From Gammaproteobacteria bacterium (GTDB lineage Bacteria > Pseudomonadota > Gammaproteobacteria > JAJFKG01), in NCBI GenBank assembly GCA_965116795.1, contig OZ220716.1, forward strand, positions 2,250,503 through 2,314,502: a stretch of 64,000 nucleotides of DNA, read 5' to 3'. This document shows, piece by piece, positions 19,072 through 29,495 of the stretch. The stretch's first letter is position 1. The number at the start of each line of letters is the position of its first letter. Both the position numbers and the translations under genes were made by a program. The notes beneath the pieces are model-generated. The model searched no databases. It saw only the letters and a list, made by a program, of their open reading frames with translations, and was not told where the DNA came from.

Positions 19072-21465
19072 CTACGCCGAGGCAAGCCCCGTTGCTAAAA
19101 ACAACCAAGTAGATAATACTGAATCAGGATTCAGTGAAATACTCTCGATACCTTGTTGCATTAACCAGCGGGCGAGATCAGGGTGATCAGATGGCCCTTG
19201 GCCGCAGATCCCAACGTATTTACCCTGCTGTTTACACGCAGCAATTGCATTTGCTAATAGCTGCATAACCGCCGGATCACGTTCATCAAATTGTGCAGCA
19301 ACCACAGCAGAATCCCTGTCCAATCCTAACGTTAATTGAGTTAAATCATTTGACCCGATTGAGAAACCATCAACGTATTCTAAGAATTGCTCAGCTAAAA
19401 TCGCATTTGATGGAATTTCACACATCATGTTCACACGCAATCCCTGTTGTCCGCGGACTAAACCGTTTTGCGCTAAACTATCAATCACGCGTTTGCACTC
19501 TGCTACAGTACGTACAAAGGGTAACATGACTTCTACATTGGTTAATCCCATGGTTTCACGCACGTATTTTACCGCTTTACATTCTAATGCAAAACACTCA
19601 GCAAATTCGTCAGACACATAACGTGATGCACCACGAAACCCTAACATTGGGTTTTCTTCATCGGGCTCAAACTGTTTGCCACCGATTAAATTGGCATATT
19701 CATTTGATTTAAAATCTGAGAAACGTACGATCACTGGTTTTGGCCAAAACGCAGCACCTAATGATGCGATCCCTTCAGTTAACTTATCAATATAATAGGC
19801 AACAGGTGATGCATAACCACTGATTCTATCGCGAATAATGCCTTGCAGATCCGCATCAAGTGTATCAAAGGTTAATAATGCCCGCGGATGAATAGCAATC
19901 GATTGACTGATTAAAAATTCTAAACGCGCTAAACCAACACCTGCATTGGGTAATCGTTGAAAGTCAAAAGCACGTTCTGGGTTGCCAACATTTAACATGA
20001 TCTTGACTGGCACGTCCGGCATTTTTTCAATGTCGATACGTTCAATGTCGATCGGCACTAAGCCAGCATACACTCGACCTTCATCCCCTTCTGCACACGA
20101 TACGGTAATGACCTCTCCTGATTGAATGACTTGGGTTGCATCGTGGCAACCAACAACCGCTGGGATCGCTAATTCGCGCGCAATGATCGCAGCATGACAA
20201 GTACGACCACCACGATTAGTGACGATCGCAGCAGCACGTTTCATCACCGGTTCCCAATCTGGATCAGTCATATCAGTTACCAATACATCACCTGGTTGCA
20301 ATTGGTCCATATCCGCCAAACTAGCAATAATACGTGCCTTGCCTTGGCCAACGCGTTGACCAATACTACGTCCACGGGTTTTAATGGGATAATCTTGACT
20401 ATTAGTCAAACGAAACCGTTCAATGATCGGTTGTTGTTGTGATTGCACAGTCTCAGGGCGTGCTTGCACAATATATAATTTACCATCATTACCGTCTTTC
20501 GCCCATTCAATATCCATTGGACATTGGTAATGTTGTTCAATGATCAAGGCTTGTTTCGCCAATTGGATCACATCATCATCACTAATACAAAATTGTTGAC
20601 GCTCAGAATCAGGCACATCAACAGTAGCAACCGATGCTTGCAATTGATCAGCATTACCTTGCTGATAGATCATCTTTTGCTGTTTTAAACCCAAATTGTG
20701 TCGCAAAATCGCCGGTTTGTTGGCAGTCACATTGGGTTTATACACATAAAATTCATCGGGATTGACTGCACCTTGTACCACCATTTCCCCTAATCCGTAA
20801 GCACCGGTAATCAATACCACTTGATCAAAACCCGATTCAGTGTCCAAGGTAAACATCACCCCACTAGCACCGCGATCACTGCGCACCATTTGTTGGATAC
20901 CTGCTGAAATCGCCACATCGGCATGGGCAAACCCATGATGCACCCGATATGCAATCGCTCTGTCATTAAATAATGAGGCAAACACGTGCTTAACGGCGTG
21001 TAATACGTTATCAATACCACACACATTCAAATACGTTTCTTGTTGACCAGCAAATGAGGCTTGAGGTAAATCTTCAGCAGTTGCTGATGATCTCACTGCC
21101 ACACTAAAATCGCTTGTTTTATCGTTAGCTAATTGTGCATAGGCATCACGAATCGCCATTTCTAACGTCTCAGGTAATGGTGCAGCTAACACTGCTTCTC
21201 TAATGCGTTGTGCAACAGTTTGTAATTGAGAGACATTGTTAATATCAATCGCCGCCAACCAATCGCTGATCTGTTCTCGCAAATTAGCTTGTGTTAAAAA
21301 CTGAGTAAAACTATCTGCATGAGTCGCAAACCCTCTGGGAACACTGACACCAGCATGGTGTAAATGATTAATCATTTCACCCAGTGATGCATTCTTACCA
21401 CCTACAGCCGCAATATCAGCTAAACCAATTTGTTCAAACCACAAAATAGACTGTGTCATTGCCAC
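19072..21465 (-). CDS. ppsA: Phosphoenolpyruvate synthase
   Basis: [48 protein letters not shown]. Confidence 0.98.
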   Translation of the reverse strand: MAMTQSILWFEQIGLADIAAVGGKNASLGEMINHLHHAGVSVPRGFATHADSFTQFLTQANLREQISDWLAAIDINNVSQLQTVAQRIREAVLAAPLPETLEMAIRDAYAQLANDKTSDFSVAVRSSATAEDLPQASFAGQQETYLNVCGIDNVLHAVKHVFASLFNDRAIAYRVHHGFAHADVAISAGIQQMVRSDRGASGVMFTLDTESGFDQVVLITGAYGLGEMVVQGAVNPDEFYVYKPNVTANKPAILRHNLGLKQQKMIYQQGNADQLQASVATVDVPDSERQQFCISDDDVIQLAKQALIIEQHYQCPMDIEWAKDGNDGKLYIVQARPETVQSQQQPIIERFRLTNSQDYPIKTRGRSIGQRVGQGKARIIASLADMDQLQPGDVLVTDMTDPDWEPVMKRAAAIVTNRGGRTCHAAIIARELAIPAVVGCHDATQVIQSGEVITVSCAEGDEGRVYAGLVPIDIERIDIEKMPDVPVKIMLNVGNPERAFDFQRLPNAGVGLARLEFLISQSIAIHPRALLTFDTLDADLQGIIRDRISGYASPVAYYIDKLTEGIASLGAAFWPKPVIVRFSDFKSNEYANLIGGKQFEPDEENPMLGFRGASRYVSDEFAECFALECKAVKYVRETMGLTNVEVMLPFVRTVAECKRVIDSLAQNGLVRGQQGLRVNMMCEIPSNAILAEQFLEYVDGFSIGSNDLTQLTLGLDRDSAVVAAQFDERDPAVMQLLANAIAACKQQGKYVGICGQGPSDHPDLARWLMQQGIESISLNPDSVLSTWLFLATGLASA

Positions 21466-21536
21466 CTCGTTTTGATATACTCAAGATACTTTGAGTATGT
21501 ATTGCATATTATTAGCAGTTTGATGAGAATCATTAC

Positions 21537-22361
21537 ATGAAACGTACGATTTTTTTCATTTCAGATGGTACCGGGATCACTGCGGAAACGCTAGGACGCA
21601 GTTTGTTAACCCAATTCGAAGGCATAAATTTTGAGCAAAATACCTTGCCTTTTATTGACTGCAAAACCAAAGCACAAGAAGCAGTTGCCACGATCAATCA
21701 TGCCAGTACAACCGATGATTGCAAGGCCATTGTCTTTTCAACCGTTGTTCAACCAAGCATTCAAGCTATTTTGGCACAGAGCGATGCGATCGTATTAGAT
21801 TTCTTTAACACTTTTGTCACTCTATTGGCTACTGAATTTAAGCAACAACCTACACATTCAGTTGGGCGGTTTCACAGCCTGATTGATTCCGATAAATATA
21901 AAACGCGTATAGATGCCGTGAATTATGCGTTGGATTGTGATGATGGTGCTGGCATTCAACATTACCCTAAAGCGGATATCATTTTAATTGGAATCTCACG
22001 TTGCGGTAAAACACCGTCTTCACTATATATGGCATTACAATTTGGCTTGAAGGTCGCGAACTACCCATTCACGGAAGACGATAGTGATGTTGCTGGTTTT
22101 AAACTACCGACTGCATTACATAATGTACGTGACAAACTGTTTGGATTAACCATTGCTGTCCCACAATTGGCTGCTATTCGTCACGAACGCCGACCAAATA
22201 GCAACTATGCTGATCCAAAACGCTGCGCACGTGAAGTGCAACAAATCGAATCACTGTTTCAGCGCGAACACATACCGTTTATCAATACCACCACTAAATC
22301 GATCGAAGAAATCGCCACTGCGATTATTGAACAATTACATATTCCACGTGGACAATTGTAA
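21537..22361 (+). CDS. ppsR: PEP synthase regulatory protein (kinase/pyrophosphorylase)
   Basis: ISDGTGITAE, GISRCGKTPSSLYMA, SIEEIA; divergent from ppsA. Confidence 0.96.
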   Translation: MKRTIFFISDGTGITAETLGRSLLTQFEGINFEQNTLPFIDCKTKAQEAVATINHASTTDDCKAIVFSTVVQPSIQAILAQSDAIVLDFFNTFVTLLATEFKQQPTHSVGRFHSLIDSDKYKTRIDAVNYALDCDDGAGIQHYPKADIILIGISRCGKTPSSLYMALQFGLKVANYPFTEDDSDVAGFKLPTALHNVRDKLFGLTIAVPQLAAIRHERRPNSNYADPKRCAREVQQIESLFQREHIPFINTTTKSIEEIATAIIEQLHIPRGQL

Positions 22362-22385
22362 CGATTGAGAATATCAGTAAGTAAA

Positions 22386-22973
22386 TTAGCCGGCTAATGA
22401 ATAAGCAGTCAGCTGATGTGTATCAACCCGACGCAATTCCTTCTCAACATAACGCAACAATGTCGCGTTAAGCATTGCTTCACGCCACACTTGTATTTGC
22501 TCACTAGTATTGGAAATGCGGCTACGTAGGAATGCCACTGCATCTTTACCATCTTTAATTGTTGGCTTCTGTTGTAAACTTGCATTAGGTAATGATGCTG
22601 GCAACAGATTCGTACGCAATTCCAATGTTATTAATCGTCGAATATTTTCAGGAATACTGCTGACAGTACAGAGTGAACGCCGCTGTAATGATTGAAAGTC
22701 ACTCATTGGCAAACGAGACCATCGAGCTAGCTGTTCACGATGAGTATTCAACAAAGAACGACTCATTAAATCAGTGTGAGTAAAGGAGTGCCAACTTGTG
22801 ATCAGGTTTTTTGCTTTTTCAGAAAGGTGACTATAGTTCGATGCCCCACTGCAAAAGAAATTGGTATGTAAACTAAGTTCTAGTTCTTCATTTGCATTAG
22901 CAGAACATAATGCTTGCGTATGCGGCCTCTCATCTTGCAAATGTCTTATTCTTCTCCTTGGCATAGTTAACAT
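22386..22973 (-). CDS. Hypothetical protein (paralog of 25790..26362)
   Basis: Shared SWH.FTHTDL, LITLELRT.LLP.SLPNASLQQ and C-terminal SLAG. Confidence 0.8.
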   Translation of the reverse strand: MLTMPRRRIRHLQDERPHTQALCSANANEELELSLHTNFFCSGASNYSHLSEKAKNLITSWHSFTHTDLMSRSLLNTHREQLARWSRLPMSDFQSLQRRSLCTVSSIPENIRRLITLELRTNLLPASLPNASLQQKPTIKDGKDAVAFLRSRISNTSEQIQVWREAMLNATLLRYVEKELRRVDTHQLTAYSLAG

Positions 22974-23002
22974 CCTTATTTACTGTTTATTTCGACAAGC
23001 AG

Positions 23003-23031
23003 ATTCTACAAAAGTAAATCTTTCTTTGCAA
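23003..23031 (-). promoter_or_regulatory. Sigma70-type promoter of 22386..22973
   Basis: TTGCAA-17-TAGAAT; conserved in the duplicate as TTGTAA-17-TACGAT. Confidence 0.6.
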
Positions 23032-23102
23032 ACGTTTAATACAGCTATCTTATTCATGCAACCGTTCCCGAATCAAGCAACATAACTACTTCTTCCCTAC
23101 GG

Positions 23103-23302
23103 CCGTCATCCCGTGATGATCCGGTTTCTATACAAATAACGCAACTACCCTCTCTCTACGACCGTCATCCCGCGGCGCGCTCTTTCCGTCATCCCGCGGC
23201 TTGACCGCGGGATCCAGGGAACAAAACTCAGAGGTAAAACAACGGTGAACATCAGAATAATTACACGATTCTCTGGATCCCGCGGTCAAGCCGCGGGATG
23301 AC
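23103..23302. repeat. REP/REPIN-like palindromic element with two extra truncated arms
   Basis: Perfect 30-bp inverted repeat GTCATCCCGCGGCTTGACCGCGGGATCCAG at 23188-23217 / 23273-23302; partial arms at 23103 and 23162. Confidence 0.9.
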
Positions 23303-23314
23303 AGAATAACTACT

Positions 23315-25474
23315 TTAAGTAAGGCTTGGTGCTTCTGTTTGCTCTGATGCATCTTTGACTTCTGACAATGGCATTTGTTGATCATCAGTTGTTTGCTGCA
23401 CAGGATTCTCAGCTAGGTTTAATCTATGGATTGATGATGACAACTCTGGTTTTGATGATGACTCCACTGATCGCACACAAGCTTCATATTCAGACCGTAA
23501 TTCTTCATCACAATACACTTTCCAAACTGCTTCTTGCTGCTCAAGACTAGCTTGTGGATTAGCCTTAACAAATTTTTCTAAATTATCAGTTACAGTATCA
23601 GTTATATCCTTTTTTAGTTCTTCAATATCAAGAGCATTTTTTTCAATATCTGACCAAAATTGATGAGTGAACATATACTCTTGAATTTTTTCACAGTTAA
23701 TATAATAGTCATGATAATACTTTAATTGTTCATCACAATGAACTGTCCAAACTGCTTCTTGCTGCTCAAGACTAACCTCTCGATTACTCTTAACAAATTC
23801 TCCTAAACGATTCATTACAACATCAACTATATCATCTCTTAGCATCTCAATATCATCAGCATGTTTTTCAATAACTGACCAGAAAACATGAGCAGATATA
23901 TAGTTTTGAACTTTTTCGAAGTTTATACAGTCATCATAATGATATTTTAATCTTTTATCACAGTCTTCTGTAATATATTTTTGTATATCTTCTTTTGACA
24001 CTGGAACTGCCATATCATTTTTACGCTGAATAGATCGAGCTAAATTCATTTGTATTGTTTCGCTAATCTGATTTTTTAATTTCTTAGGATCTTCTATCAA
24101 CTTCTGAATATCTTGCCAATAATCATGTTTATCAATATAAGCTTGAATGTCACTATCAATCGTTTTTAAATAATCATTCAACTCTACTCTGTAAATGTTT
24201 GCCACATAGTTCCGACATACTCCATCTTTCAAAGATTCTGCTAATAGTTCATTCATGGCAGGTGTTATAATCTTTGCAATATTTTCTACTGTTGGCGCAT
24301 TGTCTTGTATTCTACGTGAAGCGAAATAATCTTTAAAGCGATACAGCGATAATTTTTCATTTAAGAAATTTTGGTATAACTCATCTACCCTATGTTTAAG
24401 ATCAGGAAGACCTTGACAGCATTTAGTTATTTCTTTTCTGATAGACAGTAAATTTTTATTTAACTTTTTATCCTGCTGCTTCAATGCATTTTCAATAGTG
24501 CCAAAGAATAATTTTTTCTGGCTCGCCAAATAATAAATAATATGTTGCAAATGATTTGAAAAATCAACACATGCTTGAATACGCTCATCAAGCAAAAGTT
24601 CTTTTGCTTCTCTTTTAATAAGTTCGTGATAAAAAGTATATTGATCAGGTTCTAATAAGATCATATGCGCAGATGAATACAATGCTTGCTGAAAATAGTC
24701 ATCAGCTTGCTGAGCATGCACTGTTAACATACCTTGTACTAACTGTTCCTTTTGCAATGGTATATCAGGTATATTTTGGCAAATCTCATCAGAAAATTTG
24801 TTGGCTGTCTCCCCCACTTTTTGATTTAGTTTAATGTTAGGCCAATCAATAGTCTTACTTATGTCGTTGGCAAGCACATACGTTAATATCTGTATTTTTA
24901 AATCACCTTTTAATTCTTTTCTCAAGAAATCAAGCATGCTTGTTATATCTATGCAAGCTAAGCCTTCTTTCTTCTCATCATACTTTTTACCAAATTCTGC
25001 TGCTAATCCTTTATCTTTATTGCTAGGGTTTCGCTTATTATCTAGCTCTTGCATAGCTTGATGATGCCAGTAGACTTTCTTACCCTTTATCTCTATCCGT
25101 CTCTTTGTTTTCTCATCCGTATACTTATAACTATATTGATGTCTACGATTTAAAAAATTAGTATACCATTGTTGATAATGTTGATATAACCGTTCTGTAA
25201 TAAGCTCATGGTGTTGTTGCAAAATCACCTTAGGAAATGCTGTATGTATTTTACGATCTGCAGCAATTGCCTCTTTATATACCATTGCTTCATTTCTTTT
25301 ATTAGCTTTCCGAGTAGGGACAGTGTGATAGCTCTTAATAGGTGGGACTTCTTCTTCCAGCCAACTAACATGGCGTTGTTCCTGACCCTTTGACTGAGAT
25401 TGTTTTAAAATTGACTTTTTAGGTTGTTTTGACGGATCGAATTTGCTAGCAGGGGAAGCTGGGAATAGAAACAT
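23315..25474 (-). CDS. Hypothetical helical repeat protein, effector candidate with SILK/RVxF motifs
   Basis: 719-aa AT-rich ORF; paralog of 26681..28699; three ~75-aa C-terminal repeats. Confidence 0.8.
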   Translation of the reverse strand: MFLFPASPASKFDPSKQPKKSILKQSQSKGQEQRHVSWLEEEVPPIKSYHTVPTRKANKRNEAMVYKEAIAADRKIHTAFPKVILQQHHELITERLYQHYQQWYTNFLNRRHQYSYKYTDEKTKRRIEIKGKKVYWHHQAMQELDNKRNPSNKDKGLAAEFGKKYDEKKEGLACIDITSMLDFLRKELKGDLKIQILTYVLANDISKTIDWPNIKLNQKVGETANKFSDEICQNIPDIPLQKEQLVQGMLTVHAQQADDYFQQALYSSAHMILLEPDQYTFYHELIKREAKELLLDERIQACVDFSNHLQHIIYYLASQKKLFFGTIENALKQQDKKLNKNLLSIRKEITKCCQGLPDLKHRVDELYQNFLNEKLSLYRFKDYFASRRIQDNAPTVENIAKIITPAMNELLAESLKDGVCRNYVANIYRVELNDYLKTIDSDIQAYIDKHDYWQDIQKLIEDPKKLKNQISETIQMNLARSIQRKNDMAVPVSKEDIQKYITEDCDKRLKYHYDDCINFEKVQNYISAHVFWSVIEKHADDIEMLRDDIVDVVMNRLGEFVKSNREVSLEQQEAVWTVHCDEQLKYYHDYYINCEKIQEYMFTHQFWSDIEKNALDIEELKKDITDTVTDNLEKFVKANPQASLEQQEAVWKVYCDEELRSEYEACVRSVESSSKPELSSSIHRLNLAENPVQQTTDDQQMPLSEVKDASEQTEAPSLT

Positions 25475-25659
25475 AATAATTAGCCTTTTATTTTAATTAG
25501 TTAAATACACCCCTCCATAGTCAATTTATATCCTTATTACAAAAACAGTAGATTATACCTGAAAAATCTAGAAAGTCACGCAAAAATCGCCCATTCTCAA
25601 TCACCGCTAAGTTCATCTTTTTTTGGATATATAAGATGATACTTGCTGGGTTAAACAAT

Positions 25660-25790
25660 TAATGATGGAATTTTCACTTGCAAGCGGAAACTGCGGTGAT
25701 GCACTGGGCTTGAGCCAAGTGTTGCCAATGCGATTATCAAACAATACATATTCCACATGGATATTGTAATCACTGAGAATATTAGTAACT
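25660..25790. pseudogene. Chimeric remnant of the rnhB 3' end and the ppsR 3' end
   Basis: 25671-25727 matches the rnhB end at ~28898-28954 (5 mismatches in 57 nt); 25724-25790 matches the ppsR end and downstream sequence. Confidence 0.88.
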
Positions 25791-26362
25791 CAACCGGCTA
25801 ATGAATGGCAAGCTGACTGTGCGTTACCCTGACGCAATTCCTTTTCAACATAACTCAACAATGTGGCTTTAACAATTGTTTCACGCCATGCTTGTATTTG
25901 CTCATCATCATTGGCAATACGGCTACGCAGGTATGCTACCGCATTTCGACCATCTTCAATTGTTGCGTGCTGTTGCAAACTTGCATTGGGTAATGATTCT
26001 GGCAACAGACTCGTACGCAATTCCAGTGTAATCAATTGTCGAACAACTTCAGGAATACTACTGATAGCAAATAGTGAACGCTGCTGCAATGATTGGAATT
26101 CGCCTGTTGGTAAATGAGCCCATTGACTTGACTGTTCATGATAGGTCCCTAATAAAGCAGGGCTTATTAAATCAGTATGAGTAAAGGCATGCCAACTTGC
26201 GATCAATACTTTTGCTTCTTCAGAGAGATCACTATACTTAGACACACCCGTTCGAAAAAAATTGGTACGTAAACTAAGCTGTAATTCGTCATCTATATCA
26301 TTTGAACACATAGCCTGCGAATGAGGAGGCTCGTTTTGAAAGTTTATCCTGAACACGATCAA
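25790..26362 (-). CDS. Hypothetical protein (paralog of 22386..22973)
   Basis: Colinear similarity with 22386..22973. Confidence 0.8.
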   Translation of the reverse strand: MIVFRINFQNEPPHSQAMCSNDIDDELQLSLRTNFFRTGVSKYSDLSEEAKVLIASWHAFTHTDLISPALLGTYHEQSSQWAHLPTGEFQSLQQRSLFAISSIPEVVRQLITLELRTSLLPESLPNASLQQHATIEDGRNAVAYLRSRIANDDEQIQAWRETIVKATLLSYVEKELRQGNAQSACHSLAG

Positions 26363-26387
26363 TATCCCTCTTTAACCTGTAGGAACG

Positions 26388-26416
26388 ATCGTACAAGGAT
26401 ATAGGTTACTTTACAA
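26388..26416 (-). promoter_or_regulatory. Sigma70-type promoter of 25790..26362
   Basis: TTGTAA-17-TACGAT, in the same position as 23003-23031. Confidence 0.55.
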
Positions 26417-26549
26417 ACCTTAAGCATATGCAACAGTTTTTATAGAGTTCACTGCAAGTACAAATTGATAACTAATGCCATGTTCAACTTTAACTAACAT
26501 AACAAGCCAAATGATTTTGCTTTCAAAAACAACTTACTCTTCCCCGCAG

Positions 26550-26671
26550 CCGTCATCCCGCGGCTTGACCGCAGGATCCACGGAACAACGCTCAAGAATA
26601 AAAAACAGAACAAACATCAATGTTAATACACACAATTCCCTGGATCCCGCGGTCAAGCCGCGAGATGACGG
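26550..26671. repeat. REP/REPIN-like palindromic element
   Basis: CCGTCATCCCGCGGCTTGACCGCAGGATCCA ... TGGATCCCGCGGTCAAGCCGCGAGATGACGG (2 mismatches). Confidence 0.9.
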
Positions 26672-26680
26672 AATAGTTAC

Positions 26681-28699
26681 TTAAGTAAGGCTTGGTACTT
26701 CTGTTTTCTCTGATACAGCTTTTGCGTCTTTGACTTCTGACAAAGGCATTTGTTGATCATCAATTGTTTGCTGTACAGGATTCTTAACCAGATTGAATCT
26801 CAGGGATGATGATGCCAACTTTGATTTTGATGATGACTCCATTGATCGCACACAAGTTTCATATTGAGATTGTAATTGCTCATCACAATAAGCTTTCCAG
26901 ACCGCTTTTTGCTTCTCAATACTAGCTTGCGGATTACTGCTAATAAATGCTTTTAGTTCATTCACAGCAGCATTAGCTATCTTACCTTTTAATACATTTA
27001 CATCATCAGTATCTTCTTTGATTAATGACCAATGACGATGATGCTTAATATAAGATCCAACTTCCTTAAAGTACATATAATCATTATAATAAGCTTGCAA
27101 TTTTTCATTACAGAGATTTTGCCAAATTTCAGTTAACTCTTTTTCAGACGGAAAAACAGAGAATTGTGTTTTTCGCTTAATAACAGTATCTAATTTCATT
27201 TTGACTGCATTAGCAATATTATTCTTTATAATAGCAGGGTCGGCTGCTGTCTTTTGAAAAGACTGCCAATAATCATGCTTATCAATGTAGCCCCGAATGT
27301 CAGCATCAATCCTTTTAATATAACGTTGCAGTTCTTTTTGATAAGTACTTACCACATAACATTCACACTGTTTCTTTCGCAAAAAGTCCGCTAATGGATC
27401 AGTTAGAACTGGTGTTATAATGTCTGCTATATTAGCTGCTGTTGGCGTATTGTCTTGTAGCTTAAGCCGAGCAAAATAATCTTGAGAACAGGGTGACCAC
27501 AGCATATCATTTAACTTTTGTTGATATAATTCATTCGCTCTATCCCTAAAATCAGGAAAATATTGACAATACGTAGTTATTCCTTTTTCTACAGCGACAA
27601 GTGCTTTATTTAATCTCTCATCTTTTTGCTTTAATGCGTCTTCAATAGCTTTGGAAAATAGCACTTTTTGACTAGCCAAGTAAATAATAGCACTTGAAAA
27701 ACAATTTGACAGCTTAATACACGTTTGAATATGACCATCAGTTAATAGCTCTTTTGCTTTCCCCTTAATAAGCTCGTGATAAGTAGTATATTGATCAGGG
27801 TCGAAAAAGAGCATGAACGCTAATGAATATAATGTTTTCTCAAAGCATTCATCAGCTTGTTGAGCATGCAACGTTAATATACCTTGTGCTAACTGTGTTT
27901 TTTGTAATGGTATGCTAGGTATAGCTTGATACAACTCATCAACAAACTTATTAACTGTATCAATCACCTTTTGACTCATCCTAGTATTAGCCCAATCAAT
28001 AGATTTACTTATATCTTCAGAAATTAAGCATACCAATAGCTTTATTCGCAAATCGCCTTGTAATTCCTCTCTCAAGAAAACAAGAAAATTGGTTATATCA
28101 ATAGAAGATAATTCTTCTTGCTTTTTTTCTTTTTCCTTATATTTTTCATCAAATTCTTCTGCTAATCCCTTATTTTTATTGCGAGGATCTCTCATTATAT
28201 CTATTGCTTCCATGACTTGATGATGCCTATAGAATTTTCTCGACTTATGTGATGTTTTGAAGTGGGTAAATTCATGTTGTCGATTTAAAAAACCATCATA
28301 CCATCGGCGATAGTATTGATATAAAAATTCTGCAATATGATCGCAGTGTTGTTGCCAAATAAGTGGAGGGAATAATTCTTGTATCTGTTTATCGTTAACA
28401 ATTGCTTCTTTATATACAACTGCTTCAGCCTGTTTATTAGTGTCTCTAGTAGGGATAGCATGATGGCTATTAATAAGATGACCTGCTTCATCTTCAGACC
28501 AACTAATATGACCTTTTTCGCTGCTTACCGGTTTACCATCTGCATTTGCATTAGCCTCGCTCATGCCTTGCGAACCAACGCCTGCCCTTTCAGGTACATT
28601 TGTTTCATTCTCATTGGCTTGAGACTGTTTTAAAATTGACTTTCCAGGTTTTTTTGAAGAATCGAATCTGCTAGCAGATGAAGATGGAAACAGAGCCAT
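26681..28699 (-). CDS. Hypothetical helical repeat protein, effector candidate (paralog of 23315..25474)
   Basis: 672 aa; KSILKQSQ, HISW; C-terminal QQMPLSEVKDA...PSLT shared with the paralog. Confidence 0.8.
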   Translation of the reverse strand: MALFPSSSASRFDSSKKPGKSILKQSQANENETNVPERAGVGSQGMSEANANADGKPVSSEKGHISWSEDEAGHLINSHHAIPTRDTNKQAEAVVYKEAIVNDKQIQELFPPLIWQQHCDHIAEFLYQYYRRWYDGFLNRQHEFTHFKTSHKSRKFYRHHQVMEAIDIMRDPRNKNKGLAEEFDEKYKEKEKKQEELSSIDITNFLVFLREELQGDLRIKLLVCLISEDISKSIDWANTRMSQKVIDTVNKFVDELYQAIPSIPLQKTQLAQGILTLHAQQADECFEKTLYSLAFMLFFDPDQYTTYHELIKGKAKELLTDGHIQTCIKLSNCFSSAIIYLASQKVLFSKAIEDALKQKDERLNKALVAVEKGITTYCQYFPDFRDRANELYQQKLNDMLWSPCSQDYFARLKLQDNTPTAANIADIITPVLTDPLADFLRKKQCECYVVSTYQKELQRYIKRIDADIRGYIDKHDYWQSFQKTAADPAIIKNNIANAVKMKLDTVIKRKTQFSVFPSEKELTEIWQNLCNEKLQAYYNDYMYFKEVGSYIKHHRHWSLIKEDTDDVNVLKGKIANAAVNELKAFISSNPQASIEKQKAVWKAYCDEQLQSQYETCVRSMESSSKSKLASSSLRFNLVKNPVQQTIDDQQMPLSEVKDAKAVSEKTEVPSLT

Positions 28700-28877
28700 A
28701 ATAATTAGCCTTTTATTTTAATTAGTTAAACATATCCCTCCGCAGTTAATCTATGCATTCCCTTACAAAAACAAATCATTATACATTAGAAATCTAAAAA
28801 GTCACTCAAAAATTGTCCAATCTCAATCACTGTTGAGATTATCCTTTCTGATCAGATAGATAAGTTGATAGTAACTG

Positions 28878-29495
28878 TTAGGCAATTGATGATGCAGTTT
28901 TCGCTTGCAAGCGAAAACTGCGGCGATGCACTGGGCTTGGGCCGAGTGTTGCCAGTGCAGCGTAATGTGCTTTGGTTGGATACCCTTTATGTTGGGCAAA
29001 CCCATAGCCAGGGTAATGAGTGTCATACTCGATTAACAACCGATCACGACTGACTTTGGCAAGAATCGACGCTGCACTGATTGCAGCAACTTTGCTATCG
29101 CCTTGTATGATCGCTTCAGATGAGCAGGGTAAATCAGGCGTACGATTACCATCAACTAATACATGATCAGGCACTACGGTCAATTGCGCTACTGCACGTT
29201 GCATGGCTAACATGCTCGCCCATAAAATGTTTAATTGATCAATTTCATTAACATCAGCACTGGCCACTGCCCACGCTGTCGCTTGGGTAGTAATCACTGT
29301 ATACAACTGTTCACGTTGCTTTGCAGTGAGTTTCTTAGAATCGGTTAATTTAGGTATATCGTAATGAGTCGGTAATATCACTGCTGCAGCAACCACTGGG
29401 CCTGCTAATGGGCCACGGCCAGCTTCATCGACACCAGCAATGTGTTGGTCAGTAGGCATCCGTTGTGTTTCCAAATTCCATTGATGACTATTCAA
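28878..29495 (-). CDS. rnhB: Ribonuclease HII
   Basis: [30 protein letters not shown]. Confidence 0.97.
   Translation of the reverse strand: MNSHQWNLETQRMPTDQHIAGVDEAGRGPLAGPVVAAAVILPTHYDIPKLTDSKKLTAKQREQLYTVITTQATAWAVASADVNEIDQLNILWASMLAMQRAVAQLTVVPDHVLVDGNRTPDLPCSSEAIIQGDSKVAAISAASILAKVSRDRLLIEYDTHYPGYGFAQHKGYPTKAHYAALATLGPSPVHRRSFRLQAKTASSIA

Larger units (their letters stand above)
22314..28958. repeat. Diverged tandem duplication (units ~22314-25731 and ~25724-28958)
   Basis: Paralogous gene pairs and palindromic elements in the same order; chimeric rnhB/ppsR remnant at the junction. Confidence 0.9.

Noticed and set aside
21478-21499. ATACTCAA/TTGAGTAT palindrome between ppsA and ppsR as an operator
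   Set aside because: Does not match the Cra consensus and resembles collapsed ends of the TATACTC repeat family; cannot be assigned
23128-23385. 85-aa ORF (and the 69-aa ORF at 26475)
   Set aside because: Translations of the palindromic element
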